Shown here one piece after another: positions 43,772-52,296 of a DNA stretch of 57,179 nt (its first letter is position 1; the number at the start of each line of letters is the position of its first letter). The notes beneath the pieces were generated by a model that ran no database searches, was not told where the DNA came from, and saw only the letters and a list, made by a program, of their open reading frames with translations. The stretch is from Candidatus Micrarchaeota archaeon (lineage in GTDB: Archaea > Micrarchaeota > Micrarchaeia > Norongarragalinales > JAPLXB01), in assembly GCA_026396285.1 (NCBI GenBank), contig JAPLXB010000027.1:1-57179 (forward strand), written 5' to 3'. The position numbers and the translations under genes are program-made.

Positions 43772-44383
43772 TCAACAGGCTTGGACGAATTCATTGAACA
43801 CGTCGTCGATGTTCAGGACCTTGTTCTTTATCTCAAAGATTATGAACGCCTTGTTCAGGTTGTCTGAAACGCACGAAATGGCGCCGGCGCTGAACTGGGC
43901 CATCAAACCCTCATCCCTGACTTCATAGAAGACAGACTTGCCTCCGATGTTTTTGGTTTTCGAGTAAATTGCACCCATTCCCGGCCTAATCTCCTCGGCA
44001 GTCGGCCGCCTGACCCTAATCAAGTAATTGACGTCAACACCCGCTTCCTTGATTTTGAGTTCCTTTTCATAGTAAAGCCCCCACACCTGGTTCGTCGTGT
44101 ACTGGTCCAGCGTAAACGGCTTCAGGTTGGTGAAAAGCTTGTTGACAGACGCCTCCACTTTTGACTTCACCGCTTCCAAGTTGAACGTAGGCGCAATCGT
44201 GGTCGGCGTCGCAGTCTGCTGGATCTGCCCGATCGGAGTAGGCGAAACGCTTGCCGCCGAGGCCGCCGGAGTCGCGCTTGCCTGTATCGTAGGCACAGGC
44301 GTCGGGGACGCGGCCGGCGCGCCAACGCAGCCGAACAAAAGCAGCGAAAAAACCAACGGCAAGATAAAAAGCAACTTGTTCAT
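43772..44383 (-). CDS. secreted lipoprotein-like protein
   Basis: MNKLLFILPLVFSLLLFGCVGAP lipobox-like signal, followed by a Pro/Thr/Ala-rich linker. Confidence 0.55.
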   Translation of the reverse strand: MNKLLFILPLVFSLLLFGCVGAPAASPTPVPTIQASATPAASAASVSPTPIGQIQQTATPTTIAPTFNLEAVKSKVEASVNKLFTNLKPFTLDQYTTNQVWGLYYEKELKIKEAGVDVNYLIRVRRPTAEEIRPGMGAIYSKTKNIGGKSVFYEVRDEGLMAQFSAGAISCVSDNLNKAFIIFEIKNKVLNIDDVFNEFVQAC

Positions 44384-44468
44384 ACCATCCCCTCCTCCCA
44401 GCAAAAACCCAAGTGGCTAATTCAATGGCGGTTAATAAACTTTTTTTCCACCGCGTTGTCGGCAATCT

Positions 44469-45236
44469 TTAGGGGTGCACGGGACAGCTCTTCCTCTTCG
44501 GCACCCGGAACACCCTGCTGATGCCATCCAAGCCGTTGAACGACCAGTATTTTCCAGCCAGCCCCTCGCGGCCGTGGACCAATTTGATGAATTCATTGAC
44601 TTGGACTGCTGCCACGAGGCTCGTGGTAGTGGGCAGCGCAGGCATCTTCGGGTCAAGGAAATCCAGCAGCTCGCCGACGCATGAATACTTCTTCCACAAC
44701 AGCTTGTAATCCTGCCTGCTCATCCCGCACTCGATGCACGACGACCCGCCGGCCACCACCTGCGCCTTCCCGAAAAACCCGGCGGTTCCCCCGTCAAACA
44801 AGGGCATTTTACCATAGCAGTGCGCGTTGAGGGAAAGGCGCGCGCCCAAGTTGTCCAAGCACCCGAACGCGTGGGTGAAGGCGTTGAAAAAACCCTCTCC
44901 CACGTCCTCCAGTTTTCCGACAACCGGGATTATTTTGGACGGCCCCAGTTTTGCGGCTTCCCTCGCCAGCGCCTCGGCCTTGTACTCGCCTCCCTTCGCG
45001 TGGCCGTCGTTGAAAAAAACGCATCGGTTAAGGTTCGCGGCAACAATCCGGTCATAATCGACTACCGCGATTTCCCCTACCCCGAGTTGGACAAGGAGCT
45101 TAACAACCTCGTTGCCAAGCGCGCCTGCGCCGGCGACCAGCGCCCGCGTCCCTCCAACTGCGGCCTGGTCCCATCCATCCACCCGCTTTTGGCGGTCGAA
45201 ACGGTCCTCGTCAACTTTTTTTATTGCAGCAGGCAT
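44469..45236 (-). CDS. ThiF/MoeB/UBA-type E1-like activating enzyme (minimal, 255 aa)
   Basis: FDRQKRVDGW......ALVAGAGALGNEVVKLLVQLGVGEIAVVDYDRIVAANLNRC is the Rossmann GxGxxG plus NLNR motif, with CIEC zinc-site remnant. ATG 45236; the upstream track extension overlaps dtdA. Confidence 0.85.
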   Translation of the reverse strand: MPAAIKKVDEDRFDRQKRVDGWDQAAVGGTRALVAGAGALGNEVVKLLVQLGVGEIAVVDYDRIVAANLNRCVFFNDGHAKGGEYKAEALAREAAKLGPSKIIPVVGKLEDVGEGFFNAFTHAFGCLDNLGARLSLNAHCYGKMPLFDGGTAGFFGKAQVVAGGSSCIECGMSRQDYKLLWKKYSCVGELLDFLDPKMPALPTTTSLVAAVQVNEFIKLVHGREGLAGKYWSFNGLDGISRVFRVPKRKSCPVHP

Positions 45237-45255
45237 AACCAATTCAGGTGAACCA

Positions 45256-46092
45256 GTGCCTATAATTGTTTTCTCATCACTAGACGAGGCCGGCAAAAAC
45301 ATAGCCCGCCACATACTGGAATCGGGGTTCTCCCCGACTGCGCCGATTGAAAGCGCGAAGGGCCCGCTAGAGGCATGGGAAAAAGACGGAATCCGACTCG
45401 TCCAAGTGCCGTTCCTGCTCGCCACCGGCTGCGACTCAATAGCCCCCAACCATGTTTTCCAAACAGACTTGGTTATTTTCGCTTCAAGGCACCGCTCGGA
45501 AAGCGGCACGCCGTGCCTGACCGTGCACGCGACCGGCAACTACGGTGCCTCCGCGGAATACGGGGGGCGACCCGGCGAACTTTCCCGCACGAGCGCCAGG
45601 GCCCTCCACTGTGCGTACCGCTTCCTTGAATCTCACCGCATCCAAGGCTTTGACCCGTACATTGAAGCCACCCACCACGGGCCGACGAGCCTCCCTTCAC
45701 CGAGCATTTTCGTGGAAGTAGGCAGCACCGAAAACGAGTGGAAAATGGGGGCGCCGGCGAAAACCGTTGCCGAAGCAATAATGCACGTGTGCCAAAGCAA
45801 GTTATCCGGTTACCCGAACGAGGCCGCCGAGGGTACTGCGGTCGCAATCGGTTTCGGAGGAACCCACTACGCCGCCAAGTTTTCAAAAAACTCGGGCAAA
45901 TACGCGTTTTCCCACATAGCGCCAAAACACGCCCTCGAAACAGTGGACGCCGCAATGGTTGGGCAAATGGTTGAAAAAACCCAGGAGCCCATAGAGTGCG
46001 CGGTCGTGGACTGGAAAGGAACCAACCAGCAGGCCAGGGAAAAACTGTTCAAGCTCTTCGCAGGCGCCGGAATTGAATGGAAACGCACATGA
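45256..46092 (+). CDS. dtdA: archaeal D-aminoacyl-tRNA deacylase DtdA
   Basis: FASRHRSESGTPCLTVHATGN, EATHHGPT, FVEVGS.E.EW, GFGGTHYA and VDWKG match the archaeal DTD family. GTG 45256 start. Confidence 0.85.
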   Translation: MPIIVFSSLDEAGKNIARHILESGFSPTAPIESAKGPLEAWEKDGIRLVQVPFLLATGCDSIAPNHVFQTDLVIFASRHRSESGTPCLTVHATGNYGASAEYGGRPGELSRTSARALHCAYRFLESHRIQGFDPYIEATHHGPTSLPSPSIFVEVGSTENEWKMGAPAKTVAEAIMHVCQSKLSGYPNEAAEGTAVAIGFGGTHYAAKFSKNSGKYAFSHIAPKHALETVDAAMVGQMVEKTQEPIECAVVDWKGTNQQAREKLFKLFAGAGIEWKRT

Positions 46093-46122
46093 CTTTATAT
46101 TTCCCCCCGCGCAAAACAATGC

Positions 46123-46494
46123 ATGGTCTGCATAAAATGCGTTTCAGGCCCGCTCGTAAACACCGCGCTGCTTCTGCTGGTCGCCGCATTCGCGTACGGC
46201 GCATGGGTCCTGACCACGCCCTTTCTCCAACCGCTTGGGGCCGTCAAATACGCTGCCATCCCGCTGTATCTGCTGCTCGGGTTCTTCCTCATACTCCCAA
46301 TTGCCGCGTCTTTTTTCGTTTTCGCCGCAATCTTCCTCACCCAGTTCACTGCGCTCAGGCACCTCGTGGGCGCGAAAATCCGCGGCAATGCCAAGTTGTC
46401 GAAGCCGAAACCGATAGAGTACTACGAATACGACGACGAGTCGCGCGACTACGTCAAGAGAACCGGTTACTTCAACGACCAGTCGGTTGGTTGA
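46123..46494 (+). CDS. membrane protein (3 TM) with acidic/aromatic tail
   Basis: Three hydrophobic helices. The tail is IEYYEYDDESRDYVKRTGYF. Confidence 0.45.
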   Translation: MVCIKCVSGPLVNTALLLLVAAFAYGAWVLTTPFLQPLGAVKYAAIPLYLLLGFFLILPIAASFFVFAAIFLTQFTALRHLVGAKIRGNAKLSKPKPIEYYEYDDESRDYVKRTGYFNDQSVG

Positions 46495-46495
46495 A

Positions 46496-47074
46496 ATGTA
46501 TTACTCGCTCTACATCATCGCGGCCACTGTCGCCGCCTTCATAATCGAATCGGTTGCAACAAAACCAATTATTGCGCTTTTCGCCTTCACGCCCGCGGCA
46601 GCAATCTACATGCCTTGGACGTTCATAACCTCGGTATTCCTCCACGGCGGCTACGCCCACCTCTTCTTCAACATGTTCGCCCTCCTGATGTTCGGGCCGC
46701 TTCTGGAGCAAAAAATGGGAAGCAAGAGATTCCTTTGGCTCTACCTCGGCGCGGGAGTGATTGGAAGCATTTGTTACCTCATATACGCTTATACCCTCGG
46801 CGACCCGACAGTCGCGGCGCTCGGCGCCTCAGGAGCGATTTTTGGAGTGCTCGGAGCCCTCGCGGTCCTCGAGCCAAACCTCACAGTCTACTCTTACCCG
46901 ATTTTCCTGCCCCTGCCGCTGTGGATGGCTGCAATCGGGTGGATACTCCTCGAACTCGTGCTGCTGCCCGCCCAGGATTTCATAGCAAGGGCCGCCCACC
47001 TTGGGGGAATCTTCCTCGGCATAGCCTACGCCTACCAGTTGAAGAAAAAAGCGAAAACAATGCTCGACTTTTAA
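46496..47074 (+). CDS. rhomboid-family intramembrane serine protease
   Basis: FLHGGYAHLFFNM, catalytic GASGAIFGVLGA and AHLGGIFLG. Confidence 0.88.
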   Translation: MYYSLYIIAATVAAFIIESVATKPIIALFAFTPAAAIYMPWTFITSVFLHGGYAHLFFNMFALLMFGPLLEQKMGSKRFLWLYLGAGVIGSICYLIYAYTLGDPTVAALGASGAIFGVLGALAVLEPNLTVYSYPIFLPLPLWMAAIGWILLELVLLPAQDFIARAAHLGGIFLGIAYAYQLKKKAKTMLDF

Positions 47075-47194
47075 GGCCAGACCCACGGCCCCGCGGCGCC
47101 AGCTGACCCCGCCCTTGGCGCGTCCGCGCCGCCTGCAGCACACCAAAAACTTTAAAGCACCCGGCGGCGCTCAATTCATCCGGGGGCTGATTCA

Positions 47195-47461
47195 ATGCGC
47201 ATATTTGTCAGGAAAAAAAACGGGCGGCTCCAGCCATTCAACCTACTCAAGGTCATGCGGACAATTGAAGCAGCAGGCGCCGGCGTAAAACTGCTTCAGG
47301 AAATCTCGTGGGACGTCGTGAGGGAAATACTTTCAGACATACGGCAGGGCGTCAAGACTTTCGTAATCCCAAGCGGCATGATACGGAAACTGGTTGTGCG
47401 CGGCCTCTCGCGCAAGAGTCCCTCGCTCGCGAAAAAATACGCGCGCTACGAAAACGACTAA
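47195..47461 (+). CDS. stand-alone ATP-cone domain protein
   Basis: IFVRKKNGRLQPFNLLKVMRTI... matches the ATP-cone start v.KRdG..e.F...Ki. 88 aa with no catalytic domain. Confidence 0.6.
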   Translation: MRIFVRKKNGRLQPFNLLKVMRTIEAAGAGVKLLQEISWDVVREILSDIRQGVKTFVIPSGMIRKLVVRGLSRKSPSLAKKYARYEND

Positions 47462-47479
47462 CCTGACCGAGGGCCTGCC

Positions 47480-47746
47480 ATGGAGCAAAAAAAGCCGGGA
47501 AAAACAACCGAAAGACTGGCCGCCTTAAAGGAATTCGAGCGCGAGTTCAGGAAACAACTGATAACATTCATCGCGGCCTCGTTCGCGTTCGTCGCAGCGC
47601 TCTTCTGGAACACCGCGATAACCGACACGATAAAACTGTTCATACCCCTGAGCGGCGCATGGTTCTACGAGCTCATCAGCGCCGCGGTAGTAACCGCACT
47701 AGCAGTCACCGTGATTTACTTCCTTTCCAGGTACAAGCCACAGTAA
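47480..47746 (+). CDS. small two-TM membrane protein
   Basis: ITFIAASFAFVAALFW and ELISAAVVTALAVTVIYFL helices. Confidence 0.45.
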   Translation: MEQKKPGKTTERLAALKEFEREFRKQLITFIAASFAFVAALFWNTAITDTIKLFIPLSGAWFYELISAAVVTALAVTVIYFLSRYKPQ

Positions 47747-47868
47747 CAGCAAAAACTTTTTTCCCAAGGCAAGCGCGCAGCACTTACTTTTTACGAGCGC
47801 AAGCAGGGGGCGCCAGCATGCCGCTTATGTAAAAGCCCTCAAAGAAAAGCAAAACCATAGAAGTATTT

Positions 47869-47978
47869 TAAAAGTCTTTTACAACTCTTTTAAACTCATA
47901 CAAGACTTGTAAAAGACTCTTATAAGTCTTTTATAAGTGCCTTAGATTTTCAGAGTCCGCCAGCACAACTCTTTTAAA
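47869..47978. repeat. AT-rich repeat cluster upstream of the orc1/cdc6-like gene (candidate origin or regulatory region)
   Basis: AAGTCTTTTA occurs at 47872-47881 and 47924-47933, with inverted copies TAAAAGACT at 47910-47918 and CAAGACTT at 47901-47908. ACAACTCTTTTAAA occurs at 47881-47894 and 47965-47978. Confidence 0.5.
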
Positions 47979-48012
47979 ACTATCTTACGTAACGCTGGAG
48001 TGGGTGGGCTAA

Positions 48013-49167
48013 TTGGATAGCGTGTTTGCCGCAAAACAAAAGCTTTTACAAGACCTTGGCTGGTCAGAAAACCCGTTTGTCAAGGATTTGAGGGCCCAAG
48101 ACCACGAAACGTTCATGCGCTACTACTGCACGTTTGAGTCCGGTCAAATCCTCCAAAAACTCGCTTTTGACACAAAAGCCTGCCTTTTGCTCGGGCCAAA
48201 AGGGGTTGGAAAGACTTCCGCGCTCCAGTTCGTTTCCTACAACCTCCCTTCAGGCGAATTCCTGCCCATATTGTTCAAGGAACCGCCAGAAACAATTGAA
48301 GAACTGGGGGAGATAGTCTCGCCGGCCGGAATTTTGGACCGGTTGAAGGCATTGGTCGGCGCTAGACGGGGGCAGTCAAGGGAAGCGCTTGCCCGGAGGC
48401 TCAAGCAGGAGAGGCGGAAAATCGTTTTCTTCCTGGACGAGGCCCACCTTGAAAAAAACGTCGGCATGTACATGGAATTCAAGTACTTGTTGGACGAGGT
48501 CCCGAACCTGCGTCTCGTGATTTCTGCGCTCGGGAAAGAGAATTTCCCGGACTCGCTTCTCCAACTCGTAGGCGACCAAAACGTCTTCAAGCGCAGCGGC
48601 TTCTCCGAGGACGAGATGCTCCAGATAATTTCCCACCGCATCTCGGCAGTGGGCGGCCGGGGGCTGGAACCTTTTTCAGAGGATTTCCTGAAAATCATTT
48701 TCACCGAGCAGAACCTGTTGAGCCCGCGGTATGTTTTCGACGAGTTGAACAACTACCTCGCGCAACTTGCCCTTGGGAAAGCGCAGGACTCCACGATGGC
48801 GCAGTCGAAAGGAACCCAGCGCATTTTCCAGGAAGAAGCGATTGCGCAAAGCGCTTCCGGCGGCACGCTGACGACGTCCAATGCCGACTGGTGGGTGATT
48901 CTATCGCCGTCGCAGCAGCAGGTTATGAACCTTCTCCTGAAAACGGACGGGCTTACGCTGAGCGCGATAATGGAGAGGACCGGCCTGAGCCAGAATACGG
49001 CCTTCAACGCATTGTACCAGTTGAGGGGCGACGACGAGGCCGAAGTCAAGAGAAAGCCGGATGTGCCGTTTCCGCTTGTAATCGTGAAGCAGAAGATGGT
49101 GGGCGGGCGCAAGAAGAACATCTATCTTGTCGACCCGAAAATAAAGCATCTTTTCACGCTTAACTGA
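48013..49167 (+). CDS. AAA+ ATPase with C-terminal winged helix, Orc1/Cdc6-like (divergent)
   Basis: Walker A LLGPKGVGKTS and Walker B IVFFLDEAH. The C-terminal wH is QQQVMNLLLKTDGLTLSAIMERTGLSQNTAFNALYQL. TTG start. Confidence 0.6.
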   Translation: MDSVFAAKQKLLQDLGWSENPFVKDLRAQDHETFMRYYCTFESGQILQKLAFDTKACLLLGPKGVGKTSALQFVSYNLPSGEFLPILFKEPPETIEELGEIVSPAGILDRLKALVGARRGQSREALARRLKQERRKIVFFLDEAHLEKNVGMYMEFKYLLDEVPNLRLVISALGKENFPDSLLQLVGDQNVFKRSGFSEDEMLQIISHRISAVGGRGLEPFSEDFLKIIFTEQNLLSPRYVFDELNNYLAQLALGKAQDSTMAQSKGTQRIFQEEAIAQSASGGTLTTSNADWWVILSPSQQQVMNLLLKTDGLTLSAIMERTGLSQNTAFNALYQLRGDDEAEVKRKPDVPFPLVIVKQKMVGGRKKNIYLVDPKIKHLFTLN

Positions 49168-49312
49168 AAGTTCCGAGGTGGGTTAGAATGAACGTGGGAG
49201 AAATGCCCTTGCGGGAGCTATCCCAGCTTGCGGGCCGCGCGGCCTACACGCTAAGCGTGGCACAGGGTTTCGTGAGGCTGACCGTCGACGGGCAAAAGTG
49301 GAGGGGGTTGAA

Positions 49313-49519
49313 ATGACGTGGCTGCCCCTCTATGACATGGATAGGATAATCAGAGAAGCCGGAGCAGAGCGCGTGGGAGAGGACGCGAGCAAGAAACTAA
49401 GCGAAGTCCTCGAGGACTCGGCAAACGAGATAATAATCAGGGCAAGGCAATTGGCCAGGTACGCAGGAAGGAAAAACATACGGCGGGAAGACATCCTTTT
49501 GGCCCGCAGCTTCATATGA
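49313..49519 (+). CDS. archaeal histone (single histone fold)
   Basis: IIREAGAERVGEDASKKLSEVLEDSANEIIIRARQLARYAGRKNIRREDILLA. GGAGGGGG RBS upstream of ATG 49313. Confidence 0.88.
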   Translation: MTWLPLYDMDRIIREAGAERVGEDASKKLSEVLEDSANEIIIRARQLARYAGRKNIRREDILLARSFI

Positions 49520-49660
49520 ACGCCGGCCACGGGCACCCAGCCCGCCACCGCCTTGTTTTAGCCAAAGCGGCTTCAAGAGCCTTCAACAGCCCGGCAGCCA
49601 GCCGGCAAGCGAAAAAGCCCGGAAAACAACTTTTTAAATTCGTTTCACCGAATAACTACC

Positions 49661-49930
49661 ATGCCGAGGATTTCTGAGGAAAAAACAAGGAGAATCTGCG
49701 AGCACATACTTGAACTAATCTACTCAACTTACCCCAGTACCCTGTTTACGGCCGAAATAGCCGTTGAACTAGCCAGGGACGAGGAATTCGTGAAACGGTT
49801 GCTTGAAGACCTGGAAAAAAAGGGCCTGGTTGCGCGCATTAAAACCAGCGAAGGCGGAGACAAGTACGTACGGAGGAGCAGGTGGGCACTTTCAAAAGCG
49901 GCGAAGGAGAAATACGACGAAGCCGCGTGA
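49661..49930 (+). CDS. small winged-helix DNA-binding protein
   Basis: FTAEIAVELARDEEFVKRLLEDLEKKGLVARIK. TTTTTAAATT TATA-like box about 20 nt upstream. Confidence 0.5.
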   Translation: MPRISEEKTRRICEHILELIYSTYPSTLFTAEIAVELARDEEFVKRLLEDLEKKGLVARIKTSEGGDKYVRRSRWALSKAAKEKYDEAA

Positions 49931-50008
49931 AGCCAGACTGCCGGCGGCGGACTGCAGCCCGGCGCGGAAAAAGCGTTAAAACCGGTCAAAACAGCGGTCG
50001 TCAGGCGA

Positions 50009-50839
50009 TTAAACGAATGCTATTGCCGCGTAGTCAACGACGCTTTCCTCCCCAGTTGCTTCGCCGGAGTTGCTGAAGTGGAGCAATTCGCCTTTCTTTG
50101 CCCCGGCCAGTTTAGAGTAAATGCACGCGGCCGTAATCGGGCCGTGGCCGCAGATGCTCAACCGCTTTCCTTCAACCTCGCGCGCAAAACCATCCGCATC
50201 CAGTTTTTTTAGGAAACCGATTGCATCAAGGTCTTTTTTCCCCGCCTGGCCGGCAGGCTCGTAGTGGGTGAAGTCCGAACTGGCTATGACCGTGAAACCC
50301 GTTTTTTCCGACGCCTTCCACAACGCCTTTGCAACGTCCCGAACCGCGTCCATCCCCTGGTGCCCCATGCAGATTGCGGCGAAGGAAAAGTCCTTGAAGA
50401 AATGCTGGAGAAAAGGCAGCTGCACTTCCGCCGAGTGCTCGAAGCGGTGCGCCTCCTCGTCCGGTGAAATGAATTCCGAGTGCGAAGAAACCGTTTCCAC
50501 TAGTTTTCGGTCGCACTTCGCGGTGCCAAGCGGCGTTTCCCAGTCGTCAAGGCTCGCCGCCACCGGCGCGCCTGCGCCTGTGTGGTTCGGGCAAAGGATG
50601 ACGAACCGCGGCTTCTTTCCCATCCCGGATTTTTTGAGCGAAGCCCTCAGCGCAGCATAGGCGTGGGCTGCGGTGAAGCCCGAATAAGCCCAGCCGGCAT
50701 GGGGCGCGACCACGGCGAAAATTTTACCATAGCCCGGCGAGTATCCTGAAAGTTTTTTTTCAAAACCCGCGAGCATTCCACTGGCTTCTTTCCGCGTCCC
50801 GGGGTAAAACGTTCCCGCAACACTGGCTTTGCGGACCAT
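50009..50839 (-). CDS. MEMO1/AmmeMemoRadiSam system protein B family
   Basis: VRKASVAGTFYPG, VAPHAGWAYSG, CPNHTG and HSAEVQLPFLQ. Confidence 0.85.
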   Translation of the reverse strand: MVRKASVAGTFYPGTRKEASGMLAGFEKKLSGYSPGYGKIFAVVAPHAGWAYSGFTAAHAYAALRASLKKSGMGKKPRFVILCPNHTGAGAPVAASLDDWETPLGTAKCDRKLVETVSSHSEFISPDEEAHRFEHSAEVQLPFLQHFFKDFSFAAICMGHQGMDAVRDVAKALWKASEKTGFTVIASSDFTHYEPAGQAGKKDLDAIGFLKKLDADGFAREVEGKRLSICGHGPITAACIYSKLAGAKKGELLHFSNSGEATGEESVVDYAAIAFV

Positions 50840-50851
50840 TCCAACCACTAC

Positions 50852-51445
50852 CTATCTCGCTTCCTCGAAGTCAGCAGGCACTGCAGTGAATTCCTCGTTT
50901 GAAACGATTTTCCCCCTGAACTTCAGGACTTCCCTTGCAAGTATCCAGAAAACGAGGGCGATCGCCTTCCTTCCCTTGTTGTTCGTCGGAACCGCCAAGT
51001 CAACGTACCGCAGTGAATTGTTCGTGTCACACAACGCGATTACCGGGACGTTGACTTCAAACGCTTCCTTGACCGCCTGCCTGTCAACCGAGGGGTCGAC
51101 TGCCAACACCATTTTCGGCTCGCAGAAGTCAGTGCGCGCCGGGTTCGTGAACCTGCCCGGGGTGAATCTTCCAATGAGGCCTTGGCAGCCAGTCAATTCG
51201 CAGAATTTCTTGACCGGGTGGATGGCGTTGTCCTTGCTTCCGACCGCGTAAACCTTTTCCGGCTCGTATTTTGAAATAAGCCGCGCCGCAGACCGCAGGT
51301 GCTCGTCAAGCTTCTTTAGGTCAAGGACGTGGAGCCCGTCCTCGCGCGCCTTGTAAATGAACTGCCTCATACTCCCTACTTTCGTCTTCGTGCCGATGTG
51401 CACTCCCGCTTCCAAATACTTTTCCTGCAGAACCAGAAACTCCAT
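50852..51445 (-). CDS. rps2: 30S ribosomal protein uS2
   Basis: YLEAGVHIGTKTK, DGLHVLDL, GRFTPGRFTN and VPVIALCDTN. Confidence 0.95.
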   Translation of the reverse strand: MEFLVLQEKYLEAGVHIGTKTKVGSMRQFIYKAREDGLHVLDLKKLDEHLRSAARLISKYEPEKVYAVGSKDNAIHPVKKFCELTGCQGLIGRFTPGRFTNPARTDFCEPKMVLAVDPSVDRQAVKEAFEVNVPVIALCDTNNSLRYVDLAVPTNNKGRKAIALVFWILAREVLKFRGKIVSNEEFTAVPADFEEAR

Positions 51446-51581
51446 GCTAGACCACCAACTTCAATGCACGAGTTCAAAAAACTGCCCGTGCGTTTAGTCC
51501 GCGCCCACGAAAAACGAATAAGCCGGACGCGGCCAAAATACTTTTAATTACACACAATTTAAAGCCATTGGGTAACCCACC

Positions 51582-52253
51582 GTGGAACAAAAACCAGACG
51601 AGCCAGTGGAAACAATGAAAACCGCGGCCGCAGCCGAAACAGCGCAGGAACCGCTGGAACAAGGCGAGGAGGAAGCAGAAGGGGAGCTGAGCGAGGAAAC
51701 GGAATCGCTTGAAACCAACCCGGAACCAGCCACTGCCAACGAACAACCTGCCGCCGGGCAGGAACCGGAAGAAGTTGAAGAAGAAACCGGTAAGACCCCG
51801 CTTGATCCGCTGCGCATCGTGGAAGCAGCGCTGTTTCTTGCAAACAAGCCGCTTGCCATCGCAGAACTGGCGCTAATTGCCAAGACTACCGTCAAGCAGG
51901 CCCAAAAACTCGTTGAACAGCTGGCCGCTGAATTCGGGGAAAGGAACAGTTCAATCGAAGTGTTGGTGGAAAACAACCAAATCTCTTTACAGGTAAAGCC
52001 AGCTTATTTGGCGCCAGTCGCAGGCCTTTCCAAGGAGACGGGGCTTTCGCGCAAGGCGACGAGAATCCTCGCCCTCGTCGCGAAAAAGGAGGGGATGCTG
52101 CAGAGCGAGTTGAAGAACTTTTTCCGCGGCGAAATCTATGCCTACGTGACCGAACTCAAAACCGCGGGTTACCTGACCGCTGAAAAGAAGGGCAACACGC
52201 GCCTCCTGAAGCCGACGAAAAAATTCAATGAAAGCTTCCAACTCAGCGCATGA
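51582..52253 (+). CDS. scpB: ScpB-like segregation and condensation protein with acidic N-terminal extension
   Basis: LRIVEAALFLANKPLAIAELA......QKLVEQLAAEF......IEVLVENN...LQVKP, then a second wH LVAKKEGMLQSEL. Start uncertain (GTG 51582). Confidence 0.7.
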   Translation: MEQKPDEPVETMKTAAAAETAQEPLEQGEEEAEGELSEETESLETNPEPATANEQPAAGQEPEEVEEETGKTPLDPLRIVEAALFLANKPLAIAELALIAKTTVKQAQKLVEQLAAEFGERNSSIEVLVENNQISLQVKPAYLAPVAGLSKETGLSRKATRILALVAKKEGMLQSELKNFFRGEIYAYVTELKTAGYLTAEKKGNTRLLKPTKKFNESFQLSA

Positions 52254-52296
52254 CGCCGACGGCGCCACCAGCACCAAATGCCCGGCAAAAGCGCAG

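Noticed and set aside
45237-45539. 5' extension of the E1 ORF, and the reciprocal 5' extension of the dtdA ORF (45112-45255)
   Set aside because: The two extensions overlap each other on opposite strands and have no family similarity. Conserved N-termini begin at 45236 (E1) and about 45256 (DtdA).
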